A stretch of DNA of 62,842 nt, the filler included, from Theionarchaea archaeon (GTDB lineage Archaea; Methanobacteriota_B; Thermococci; Methanofastidiosales; SZ-28-30): the NCBI GenBank assembly GCA_018992565.1. It is 5 parts of 5 records of this genome, joined end to end, with 100 filler letters (N's around TTAATTAATTAA, not from the genome) between each part and the next. Parts side by side here need not be neighbours in the genome. Positions count along the whole stretch, not along the records: positions 44,689 to 59,317 come from JACVGW010000070.1; positions 59,418 to 62,842 come from JACVGW010000145.1; 3 more parts are not named here. The stretch is one strand, 5' to 3'. Below are positions 51,088-59,792 of the stretch, in pieces. Under the pieces are notes generated by a model. The model was not told the DNA's origin. It did not search any database and saw only the letters and a program-made list of their open reading frames with translations. Position 1 is the stretch's first letter; every line of letters begins with the position of its first letter. The translations under genes and the position numbers were made by a program.

Positions 51088-51508
51088 GCACATCACCTCG
51101 GCATTATATATCTGTATTGATTATATTTAGAAAATTATCAATCCAAAAAGAGAGGACGATGATGCAAAGTGTGAGAATCAGAGTCTCGGAATTTGAGAAA
51201 TCATGAAGAGAGCCTATGGTCAAGTGCCATAGAGTGACCTTCGAAGAATGGAAGAGGGACACCTGTGGTGCACTGAAGATTGAAATTCAACCTGAGAGAA
51301 AGATTTGCCTATGACAGAATCTATTCGCATGCACGGGTGTTATCATGGGATGCACAGAACAGTTGCACTTCATGTCTCTCTTTCTCACCTTCATGTGAGA
51401 TTTCTCTCATACATGATCTACAAAACCCTGCACTCTTTTCTCACCTGCCCAGACTTCTGCATCCCTGTACATCAATACCTTTATATACTCTTTATGCCAT
51501 TCTCACTC

Positions 51509-52087
51509 ATGAAGAGATCAGAAACCCGTGTCCTGAAAGACCCTGAAAAGATCAAGATAGTCGTTGACGAGACCAGAAGGAATATTCTGTCTCTTCTCAG
51601 ATTCAGTGAATTGACTGTTTCCCAGATAGCTGACGTGTTGCAAAAAGACCAGTCCACTATTTACCGGCACATGAGCAAACTGGAAGAAGCAGGATTCGTG
51701 GAAGTGAGGGGAGAGAAGAAAACCCACCACATTCCAGAAAAAGTCTATGCGCGGACTGCCCACTTCTTCATTTTGGTTCCTGAAACTGAGGAAACGTCCA
51801 GGCTCCTGGAAACATACTCTGCCAAGAGGATGGAAAAGCTGTTCCAGCTGATGAAGAAAATGGGGGCAGACATTCACATTGATGACAACCTCATTACAGA
51901 GGGTAGACGCTTTGTTGCTGCCCTTCGCAGTGAATTGTTTGAAGAATACGAAGAAATTGACGAACCTTTGGACATTATCATGCTCAAGAAGCTGGAACTG
52001 TTCCTCATCCTGCTTCGAATGGAAGAAAATGAGAATTTCAGGGAAAAGGTGTTCCAGTTCATCAGGAAAATGAAAGGATCTAACTAG
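51509..52087 (+). CDS. ArsR-family winged-HTH regulator
   Basis: DETRRNILSLL..LTVSQIA..STIYRHMSKLEEAGFV..EKVYAR; TTTATATA 22 nt before ATG 51509. Confidence 0.85.
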   Translation: MKRSETRVLKDPEKIKIVVDETRRNILSLLRFSELTVSQIADVLQKDQSTIYRHMSKLEEAGFVEVRGEKKTHHIPEKVYARTAHFFILVPETEETSRLLETYSAKRMEKLFQLMKKMGADIHIDDNLITEGRRFVAALRSELFEEYEEIDEPLDIIMLKKLELFLILLRMEENENFREKVFQFIRKMKGSN

Positions 52088-52099
52088 GAGTGGACTGTC

Positions 52100-53515
52100 A
52101 TGGAAGATTTAGATACGATAGTTGCTGCAGCCATAAAGAAAGGTGCTGATTACTGTGATGTGAGGTTTGTTGTAAATCGCGAAGAAGACATTCGGGTGAG
52201 AGGACGGGACCCGGAAAAGGTGTCTTCTAAAATAGACCAAGGATACGGGGTTCGTGTTCTCATGAAGGGCGCCTGGGGCTTTGCTGCGGGTCAGGATCCT
52301 GAGCAGACTGCGGCACGAGCAGTCAAAGTAGCAAGGGGCAGTGTTCTAGCAAAAAAAGAAGATGTTAAACTGTCAGATCTGACCCCATATACAGACTCCT
52401 GGAAGGCTCCCATAAAGAAAGATCCCTTTTCAGTTCCTATGGAAGAGAAATTATCCCTTCTGTTAGACTGCGGCAAAACTCTCATTGAACATGAAGATGT
52501 CAAGGTGGCTCAGGCTACCATGCGTATCCGGTCCCAGGAAAAATGGTTTTTGAGTTCTGAAGGGGCCACTATTCATCAGGACACAACATTCTGTGGTGCA
52601 GGGATTTCAGCCACGGTGGTTAAAGGAGGAGACATGCAGAAACGGTCATACCCTACTTCATTTGATGGGAATTTTTCGCAACAGGGGTATGAGTTCGTGG
52701 AAGCTCTCAGTCTATATGATCACTGTGAAGAAACAGCAAGAGAGGCCATCCAGCTAGTGGATGCTGAACCATGCCCCTCGGGCACAATGGATATTGTTCT
52801 GGATTCCTCCCAGCTAGCGCTACAGGTTCATGAATCGTGTGGCCACCCTACTGAGCTGGATCGAGTTCTGGGGTTCGAAGCCAGCTATGCGGGAACGAGC
52901 TTTCTCACTCAAGAGAAGTTGGGTCACTATACATATGGATCCCCTTCCGTAACCATTGTGGCAGATTCTACCACACCCGGTGGGCTTGGGACATTTGGTT
53001 ATGATGATGAAGGTGTCAAGGCATGTAGGACTGTTCTGGTGGACAAAGGCATCTTTTCAGGGTACCTGACATCCAGGGAAACTGCTTACCAGATGGGAGA
53101 GAAAAGCAATGGGGCCATGCGGGCCACTGATTTCAACTTCATGCCCATCATCCGGATGACCAATATCAACTTGATGCCAGGAGACTATGCCTTTGAGGAA
53201 CTGCTGGAAGACATCCAGGAAGGTATCTACATGCAGACCAATAGAAGTTGGAGCATTGACGACAGGAGAATCAACTTCCAGTTTGGATGTGAAATTGGAT
53301 ACAAGATCACAGACGGCGAGCTAACAGATATGGTCAAGAATCCCAGCTACACTGCTCTGACCCCTGAATTCTGGGGAGCTTGTGATGCAGTGTCAAAAGA
53401 CTGGCAGTTGTGGGGTGTTCCCAATTGCGGAAAAGGGGAGCCCTCTCAGACCATGTTTGTGGGCCACGGGGCAGCACCAGCCAGATTTAGAAACATGAAG
53501 ACGGGGGTGGGATAA
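52100..53515 (+). CDS. tldD: TldD metalloprotease subunit
   Basis: HESCGH zinc motif, YDDEG, PIIRMTN, CGKGEP. Confidence 0.92.
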   Translation: MEDLDTIVAAAIKKGADYCDVRFVVNREEDIRVRGRDPEKVSSKIDQGYGVRVLMKGAWGFAAGQDPEQTAARAVKVARGSVLAKKEDVKLSDLTPYTDSWKAPIKKDPFSVPMEEKLSLLLDCGKTLIEHEDVKVAQATMRIRSQEKWFLSSEGATIHQDTTFCGAGISATVVKGGDMQKRSYPTSFDGNFSQQGYEFVEALSLYDHCEETAREAIQLVDAEPCPSGTMDIVLDSSQLALQVHESCGHPTELDRVLGFEASYAGTSFLTQEKLGHYTYGSPSVTIVADSTTPGGLGTFGYDDEGVKACRTVLVDKGIFSGYLTSRETAYQMGEKSNGAMRATDFNFMPIIRMTNINLMPGDYAFEELLEDIQEGIYMQTNRSWSIDDRRINFQFGCEIGYKITDGELTDMVKNPSYTALTPEFWGACDAVSKDWQLWGVPNCGKGEPSQTMFVGHGAAPARFRNMKTGVG

Positions 53516-54855
53516 TGAAAGAGGAGTACTTGTCTATCGTGGAAAGAGCAGTGAAAACCTCCAACGCAGATCAGTGTGAAGCGCGCCTGTCAGGTATGTC
53601 CTGGGGGTTGACTCGATTTGCCAATAATTACATACACCAGAATGTTGTAGAAGATAATGCAGAGCTCACAGTGCGATCCGTCTTTGGAAAAAAGATAGGA
53701 AAAGCCCAGACGAATCAGCTTGATCCGGAATCCATAGCCGAGGTAGTCAGAAGAGCTGATGGCATTGCCCGGGTCCAGACGGAGATCCCTGATTTTGTGT
53801 CGCTGCCCGCACCTGAATCAATACCTTCAGTAAAGGGGTTCTACAAGGAGACGGCTGAGGTGGAACCAGAGGCCCGTGCTCTGGTGGTGAAAGCAGCAGT
53901 GGACCAGGCAGAAACCCTCGGTATTGAGAGTGTCTCTGGAACCCATTATACAGGGAAAGAGGAAATTGCTGTTGCCAATTCTCTGGGAATAGAAGCCTAT
54001 TTCGAAGGTACTGTCTCCTGCTTCAAAATCAATACGTGCCTGGAGCAGGGAACGGGGACAGCTCAGAGTTTTTCCCGGAACCACAGAGACCTCAACCCTG
54101 AAGCATTGACTGAGAAGGCATGCCAGAAAGCTCTGAAGAGCCGAAAGACTGAACCTGCATCTCCAGGTTCATACCAGGTTATCCTGGAAGAACAGGCAGT
54201 GTGTGAAATGCTTGTATACCTGGCCATGATGACCTTTGGTGCTCAGCCGTACCTTGAAGGAAGGAGTGCTTTTTCAGGCCATCTTGGAGATCAGGTGGCA
54301 GACAGCAGTGTCTCTCTGTGGGACGACGGACTGGATGAGAGGGGATTCCCGTTTCCCTTTGATGCAGAGGGCGTACCCAAGCAAAGAGTGAATCTCATAG
54401 AACGTGGTCTTGCTGGCAATGTCGTGTATGATTCATTCTACGCAGCAAAAGCAGGAACGCAGAATACGGGACACTCTGTAGACATGCCCTTTGGCGCAGG
54501 ACCCTTTTCTGCGAACGTATTTATGGGTGAAGGCACATCCAGCCTTGAGGATTTGATTTCTGAATGTGAAAACGCCATTCTGGTAACCCGATTCCATTAT
54601 ATTAACCCCATGCACCGCTTAAAAACTGTTATTACCGGGATGACCAGGGACGGGACTTTTCTCGTCAAGAATGGAGAAATCGTGAGAGGGTTGAAAAACA
54701 TGCGATTCACTCAGAGCGTCCTGGACGCACTGTCCACAGTACAGGGAATAGGCAATAACCTGGGGATTCTCCGCATGGAGTATGCCAAAGCCACCGTATG
54801 TGCTCCTGCTCTCCGGATTGGAGAGTTCACCTTTACGGGTTCAACGTTGTTCTAG
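53515..54855 (+). CDS. pmbA: TldE/PmbA subunit
   Basis: TRFANNYIHQN, FDAEG, TGMTRDG, NMRFTQS; no HExxxH. Confidence 0.88.
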   Translation: MKEEYLSIVERAVKTSNADQCEARLSGMSWGLTRFANNYIHQNVVEDNAELTVRSVFGKKIGKAQTNQLDPESIAEVVRRADGIARVQTEIPDFVSLPAPESIPSVKGFYKETAEVEPEARALVVKAAVDQAETLGIESVSGTHYTGKEEIAVANSLGIEAYFEGTVSCFKINTCLEQGTGTAQSFSRNHRDLNPEALTEKACQKALKSRKTEPASPGSYQVILEEQAVCEMLVYLAMMTFGAQPYLEGRSAFSGHLGDQVADSSVSLWDDGLDERGFPFPFDAEGVPKQRVNLIERGLAGNVVYDSFYAAKAGTQNTGHSVDMPFGAGPFSANVFMGEGTSSLEDLISECENAILVTRFHYINPMHRLKTVITGMTRDGTFLVKNGEIVRGLKNMRFTQSVLDALSTVQGIGNNLGILRMEYAKATVCAPALRIGEFTFTGSTLF

Positions 54856-55728
54856 TATCCCTACCCTTTCTCTCACTTTTTCTTCTGTAATCTCTACGTA
54901 AGGCCCAATTGATTCCACCCACAATGATGCAGTGCAGGAAGCAAACATCCCTGATTCATACAGGTTTCCGGTGCGCATGTATTCTACGATGAACCCTGCA
55001 GCATATGTATCTCCTGCCCCAGTGGGATCTCTGGCTTCCGTGGTGTAAGGAGGTATCTTCAGAAGCTCTGAACCGTCATAGATGAGAGACCCGTCCCCTG
55101 CCAGAGTGACGATACAAATCTCGGCCCCGAAACTGTACAGAGACTCCAGGACCTGTTCAGGATACTTCATTGGGTTTTTCCCTGTCATGATGCGAGCTTC
55201 CAGTTCGTTTGGCTTGACGACACTGAACAGAGGGAGTATCTCTTTGAAGGACTGAGGGAAGAAATGGTTGATCTGACCATTCTCTATGCCTCGGAGGAAT
55301 CCTTGAGGATCACAGAAAAGCAGGGATGGCAATTCAGACAGCTCAACGACCAGTGAAGGATCTACCTCCTGCAGGATCGGCCCAAAAAGGAGAGCATCTG
55401 CATCAAGGACTTCACTCGGGACTTCTTTAATAGTATCCGCTCGTCCCAGGATTTCAAGTTCCCTGTTTCCCCTGTCATCGTAGAGCAAAGAGAATCCACC
55501 CGTCTCTCGTGAAGGATATAACCAGGGTTTCACACCGAATCCAGTGAGAATCTCTTCTGTCTCCGTTCTATAATCATCTCCCACGCAGCCCACCAGAGCA
55601 GCTTCACAGTTGAGCTGGCTGCACACAATGCATGCATTGGTGGAACATCCGGATAGTACCCTTTCACTGGTTCGAGTTAGGGGCGTATTAATGAGGTCAT
55701 ATACGGGGTTTCCAATACCCACCATCAT
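54841..55728 (-). CDS. PfkB/ribokinase-family kinase
   Basis: DPQGFLR, KPNELEA, DPTGAGDTY. Confidence 0.88.
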   Translation of the reverse strand: MMVGIGNPVYDLINTPLTRTSERVLSGCSTNACIVCSQLNCEAALVGCVGDDYRTETEEILTGFGVKPWLYPSRETGGFSLLYDDRGNRELEILGRADTIKEVPSEVLDADALLFGPILQEVDPSLVVELSELPSLLFCDPQGFLRGIENGQINHFFPQSFKEILPLFSVVKPNELEARIMTGKNPMKYPEQVLESLYSFGAEICIVTLAGDGSLIYDGSELLKIPPYTTEARDPTGAGDTYAAGFIVEYMRTGNLYESGMFASCTASLWVESIGPYVEITEEKVRERVGILEQR

Positions 55729-56345
55729 GGAAATGCCCTCCTTGCATACAACAACCTCTGGAAAGCAGTGACATGTGAGAGAATCCCGATAAGCAATAGT
55801 GCTGCCGTAATGCTCCTGTCAAAGAATCCATACAGTACCACTCCCAGGAGCAGCACTGTCATCTTTTGCATGCGTTCCATGAGCCCGACACTCATGGCAG
55901 ACACACCTTTTGATTCGATGCGAGCCCTCACATATGACGCCATGATCATGCCAGAAAAACACAGCAGGACAACCCATCCCTCAGCAAACCCTCCACATGC
56001 TATGCCAAAAAGAACGACAACTTCACAGTAGCGATCAATGGTGGCATCCAGGACAAACCCAAAATCAGTCTTTCTGTCTTGAGCCCTTGCCACAGACCCA
56101 TCAAGAACATCAAAAGCCAGCGTGATTACCAGGAAGAGTCCTCCCAGAAGCTCTCTTCTGCACGAAAAGAAATACGCACTTATCACAGCAGGAATCAGAG
56201 AGAGAAGTGTTAGTTGATTGGGGGTTAACCCAGTTCTGGCCACTGCACGGCCAAGGTTCAAGGTATGTTCTTCATACCATTGTCTTCGATTCATGGGTAT
56301 CAGGTTCTCAGGCGCAATATAAACCTTTTCGAAGACCTGTGACAA
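55725..56345 (-). CDS. CDP-alcohol phosphatidyltransferase (archaetidylinositol-phosphate synthase-like)
   Basis: TPNQLT, DVLDGSVARA..FGFVLDATIDRYCE, SYVRARIE, VGLMER. Confidence 0.88.
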   Translation of the reverse strand: MSQVFEKVYIAPENLIPMNRRQWYEEHTLNLGRAVARTGLTPNQLTLLSLIPAVISAYFFSCRRELLGGLFLVITLAFDVLDGSVARAQDRKTDFGFVLDATIDRYCEVVVLFGIACGGFAEGWVVLLCFSGMIMASYVRARIESKGVSAMSVGLMERMQKMTVLLLGVVLYGFFDRSITAALLLIGILSHVTAFQRLLYARRAFP

Positions 56346-56460
56346 GAGAGTGCCAGATGTCTTTCATATCATATAGTCTTTTGCCACGTACCCTGGTGAC
56401 ATAAAAAGGCAACTGCAACCTCCCGATACATTTAAGTACAAAAAACGTAATCAGAAGAGC

Positions 56461-56829
56461 ATGAATCCGAAGTATTGCCTGCTCACCACGGTGGTCATAC
56501 TGTGTGGATGCATTTCCCAGTCTCCCCACCTGGAGTTTTCTGCTGGTCCCTGCGACAGCGACATTGATCCCTACAACACAGACATGGGTGTGAAAAATGT
56601 CCGATGGATAGACGATGAAACACTGGTGGTCACAGTGTATGTCAATATCAACTGCGCCGAAGAGATCACGGATGGAGACTACCAGATCCTAGGCGACACG
56701 ATTATCCTCGAATATACTGCTCCCGAATGCAAGACCTGCACGTTCTGTCTGTGTGCTCACAAGATGACATACAGGTTCCAAAACCTTGAGAAGAAAGAAT
56801 ATCAATTTGAACTGAAGAAGGAGACGTAG
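56461..56829 (+). CDS. Hypothetical lipoprotein
   Basis: Lipobox-like LCGC; conserved-looking NC and CxC; TTTAAGTA box about 24 nt upstream. Confidence 0.7.
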   Translation: MNPKYCLLTTVVILCGCISQSPHLEFSAGPCDSDIDPYNTDMGVKNVRWIDDETLVVTVYVNINCAEEITDGDYQILGDTIILEYTAPECKTCTFCLCAHKMTYRFQNLEKKEYQFELKKET

Positions 56830-57106
56830 GTGAAAATTCAAAGGATACGAAAGGTTTCCAGGTGGTATAAGAAAGATTCATGAAAGAAAAGATCTGGGAA
56901 GAGAAATAACATCAGAGGAGACGTCTACCAAGAGGTTATAACCCCAGCCTCTCTGTGAATTGTCCAGAAAATGGAGGAGAGAGAGGGTCAAATGGCGTTT
57001 GATTTAAGCTAGTAAGGAAAGCGGGAAAATTTCAAGACTCTGCATATGCGGAATACAGAGAAAACCTTTATAAATTCAGCACAAATCTGCAACGGGAGGT
57101 ATTCCC

Positions 57107-58465
57107 ATGAATGAAAAAATGACCAAAGAAGAACTCCTGAAAAAGGCTATGAAACCGAACGAAGACGCCATGAAACTTCATCCTTTTTACAGGGGAAAAA
57201 TTGAAGTTAATCCAAAAGCATGTGTCCGCTCCTTTGATGATTTTGCTATTTGGTATACGCCAGGGGTTGCTGCTCCCTGCAAAGAGATTGCAAAGGACAA
57301 GGAGCTGGTGTTCAAACATACCAACAAGTGGAATGCTGTAGCTGTGGTTTCAGACGGGACCCGCGTACTGGGCCTGGGAAATATCGGACCTGAAGCGGGA
57401 CTGCCTGTCATGGAAGGGAAAGCAATGCTGTTCAAGTACCTGGGAGGTGTGGATGCATACCCCCTCTGCCTGGACACCAGAGACCCTGATGATATTATCA
57501 AGACTGTGAAGCTTCTGAAACCTTCCTTTGGCGGTATCAACCTGGAAGATATCGAGAAACCCAAGTGCTTTTACATTCTGGATACATTGCGGGCCGATCC
57601 TGAGATGGATATCCCTGTGTGGCATGATGACCAGCAAGGTACAGCTACCATCGTCGTGGCAGGAGCCATCAACGCCTTGAAGCTGGCTGGGAAAAAGATA
57701 AAAGAAGCATCCATAGCCATGGTCGGGGCAGGTGCCGCCAATATTGCTATATCCAGAGTATTGATTGCCGCGGGAGCCACCAAGGGCAACATTATCATGG
57801 TGGACTCGCAGGGTATACTCAACGCCCAGAGGAAAGATCTGGAAAAGGATAAGAAAAACAACCCCTTGAAGTGGGATATGGCCGTCAATTCCAACAAAGA
57901 ACAGCGGTCAGGAAGCATTAAAGATGCTTTGAAAGGTGCTGACATCTGTCTTGCAGCCTCAAAACCAGGTCCTGGCACTATCATCCCTGACCAGGTCAGA
58001 GGAATGGCAGATAAAGCCATTGTGTTTGCCACAGCGAACCCTGTTCCTGAGATCTGGCCCTGGGAGGCTAAGGAAGCTGGTGCTTACATCGTGGCTACCG
58101 GCAGGTCAGATTTTCCCAATCAGATTAACAACTCCCTTGGATTCCCCGGCATCTTCAGAGGTACACTGGATGTCATGGCCAAGACCATCACAGACGAGAT
58201 GTGCATAGCAGCTGCTCTGGAGCTGGCTCAGACTGCTGAGGATAATGGTATCCATGAGGAATATGTTGTCCCCACCATGGACGAGTGGGAAGTATTCCCC
58301 AGAGAAGCAGTAGCTGTCGGATTGAAAGCCATTGAACAGGGCATTGCAAGGAGAAAAGCCTCTCGCCAGACCCTTATGGAAGAAGCCATGGAAATTATCA
58401 AGAAGTCCAGGGGTCAGACACAGTTGCTGATGGATGAAGGATACATACCAGAAGCTCCCGAATAA
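57107..58465 (+). CDS. NADP-dependent malic enzyme
   Basis: YTPGVA, DGTRVLGLG, PVMEGK, INLEDI, HDDQQGT, GAGAA, ANPVPEI, TGRSD. Confidence 0.93.
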   Translation: MNEKMTKEELLKKAMKPNEDAMKLHPFYRGKIEVNPKACVRSFDDFAIWYTPGVAAPCKEIAKDKELVFKHTNKWNAVAVVSDGTRVLGLGNIGPEAGLPVMEGKAMLFKYLGGVDAYPLCLDTRDPDDIIKTVKLLKPSFGGINLEDIEKPKCFYILDTLRADPEMDIPVWHDDQQGTATIVVAGAINALKLAGKKIKEASIAMVGAGAANIAISRVLIAAGATKGNIIMVDSQGILNAQRKDLEKDKKNNPLKWDMAVNSNKEQRSGSIKDALKGADICLAASKPGPGTIIPDQVRGMADKAIVFATANPVPEIWPWEAKEAGAYIVATGRSDFPNQINNSLGFPGIFRGTLDVMAKTITDEMCIAAALELAQTAEDNGIHEEYVVPTMDEWEVFPREAVAVGLKAIEQGIARRKASRQTLMEEAMEIIKKSRGQTQLLMDEGYIPEAPE

Positions 58466-58503
58466 CCCCCTTTTTCCTTTTTTTCGCTTTTTGCTGGTGT
58501 ATG

Positions 58504-59277
58504 CTATTCTGACTGTAAATTACTTTTCGTCAGGCTTTCCAGATTCTCTTTTATTACTTTCACTTCTGAAACCAGTTGGTCAGCCTGCGGAAGCTCGCCC
58601 TTCATATCTGCCTCAATAATCTTCTCATCATAGGTGATATTTCCGAGAACCTCAATTTCCAACATACCCTCAAGGAAGTCTCTCTCCTCTTTGCTTCTCA
58701 CCTTGTTTCCCACGGCAAAAATATTACAGATTCCCATCTCCTGTGCCAAATGGTAAATACGATTGGCTGTCTCCACACTTCTTCTTCCTGGTTCAACTAC
58801 TACCACCATGGCATCAACTGCTTTGGCTGTCCCCCGTCCAAGGTGTTCCACACCTGCTTCCATATCACAGATGACAACATCCTTTTCAGTAAGGAGTATG
58901 TGGCTCAGCAAGTTCTTTACCAGGACATTGGCCGGGCATGCACATCCGCTTTCTGCCATTTTCACTGATCCCATAACCAGCACTTTAATTCCTTCATGCT
59001 CTACTGCAAACTTGGAAGCAATGTCATCAACCCGTGGATTCAACTTGAAGACGCCTCCGAATCCTCCCAGGTTACTCTGAGTCCTCTCTTCCACCAGCTC
59101 CTTCTGATCAGTAAGAGGGACGATATGAGTTGTTATGCCCAGAATGGTAGCGAGGTTGGGATTCGAGTCTGCATCTATGGCCAGCACTGTGCGTCCTTCA
59201 TCTCTGTACAACGTTGAGAGCAGTGCTGCCAGTGTGGTCTTTCCCACTCCACCTTTTCCTGCAATAGCAATTTTCAT
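58504..59277 (-). CDS. cooC: CooC-like nickel-insertion ATPase (MinD/ParA family)
   Basis: GKGGVGKT, IDAD, GCACP, DMEAGVEHLGRG. Confidence 0.85.
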   Translation of the reverse strand: MKIAIAGKGGVGKTTLAALLSTLYRDEGRTVLAIDADSNPNLATILGITTHIVPLTDQKELVEERTQSNLGGFGGVFKLNPRVDDIASKFAVEHEGIKVLVMGSVKMAESGCACPANVLVKNLLSHILLTEKDVVICDMEAGVEHLGRGTAKAVDAMVVVVEPGRRSVETANRIYHLAQEMGICNIFAVGNKVRSKEERDFLEGMLEIEVLGNITYDEKIIEADMKGELPQADQLVSEVKVIKENLESLTKSNLQSE

Positions 59278-59317
59278 TATTGAGTGAAGGATAAAGCCCT
59301 TTAAGTACCTTTTGAGG

Positions 59318-59417
59318 NNNNNNNNNNNNNNNNNNNNNNNNNNNNNNNNNNNNNNNNNNNNTTAATTAATTAANNNNNNNNNNNNNNNNNNNNNNNNNNN
59401 NNNNNNNNNNNNNNNNN
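59318..59417. other. Artificial contig linker
   Basis: N-TTAATTAATTAA-N. Confidence 0.97.
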
Positions 59418-59510
59418 GACATAACTGTCATGTGTTTTTACGAGATAGCAGTTCACACTTCCTAGCTTGAAAGGCATAGCAAGCCTGATGGTCTTGATCT
59501 CTGGGGACAT
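59418..59510 (-). CDS. 5' fragment of an MBL-fold metallo-hydrolase, cut by contig end
   Basis: MSPEIKTIRLAMPFKLGSVNCYLVKTHDSYV resembles an MBL N-terminus; TTTAAG box about 25 nt upstream; not in ORF track. Confidence 0.6.
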
Positions 59511-59792
59511 ACTGGGGATGAGCACCTTTTCATTCTTAAAGGTTTCCAGCTCTTTCAGTCTTACGAGATGGCATCGGCTCTTCTGATTTGCAGCGGTACC
59601 AAGAGGTCAGTGCAGATGGGTCCCTTGCTCCACAAGTCGATTGTCATCCCAATGAAGATAAAGAGAATAAGAGCTGTCGTCTCTTGAATCCCCTTGAAAG
59701 AATACTATGAACACTGTAACGAAGATAGTGAGAGAGGCATCAGAAGATATGGTCACTCAATCGGGACTGTCGGTATTCTGCTCATGAGCGTT

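Noticed and set aside
51305..51508. His/Cys-rich N-terminal extension of the ArsR protein
   Set aside because: A TATA box 22 nt before ATG 51509 indicates the shorter start
56830..56910. 26-aa basic ORF (GTG start, KIQRIRKVSRWYKKRF...)
   Set aside because: Purine-rich intergenic DNA yields Lys/Arg ORFs by chance; no match to L41e that I recognise
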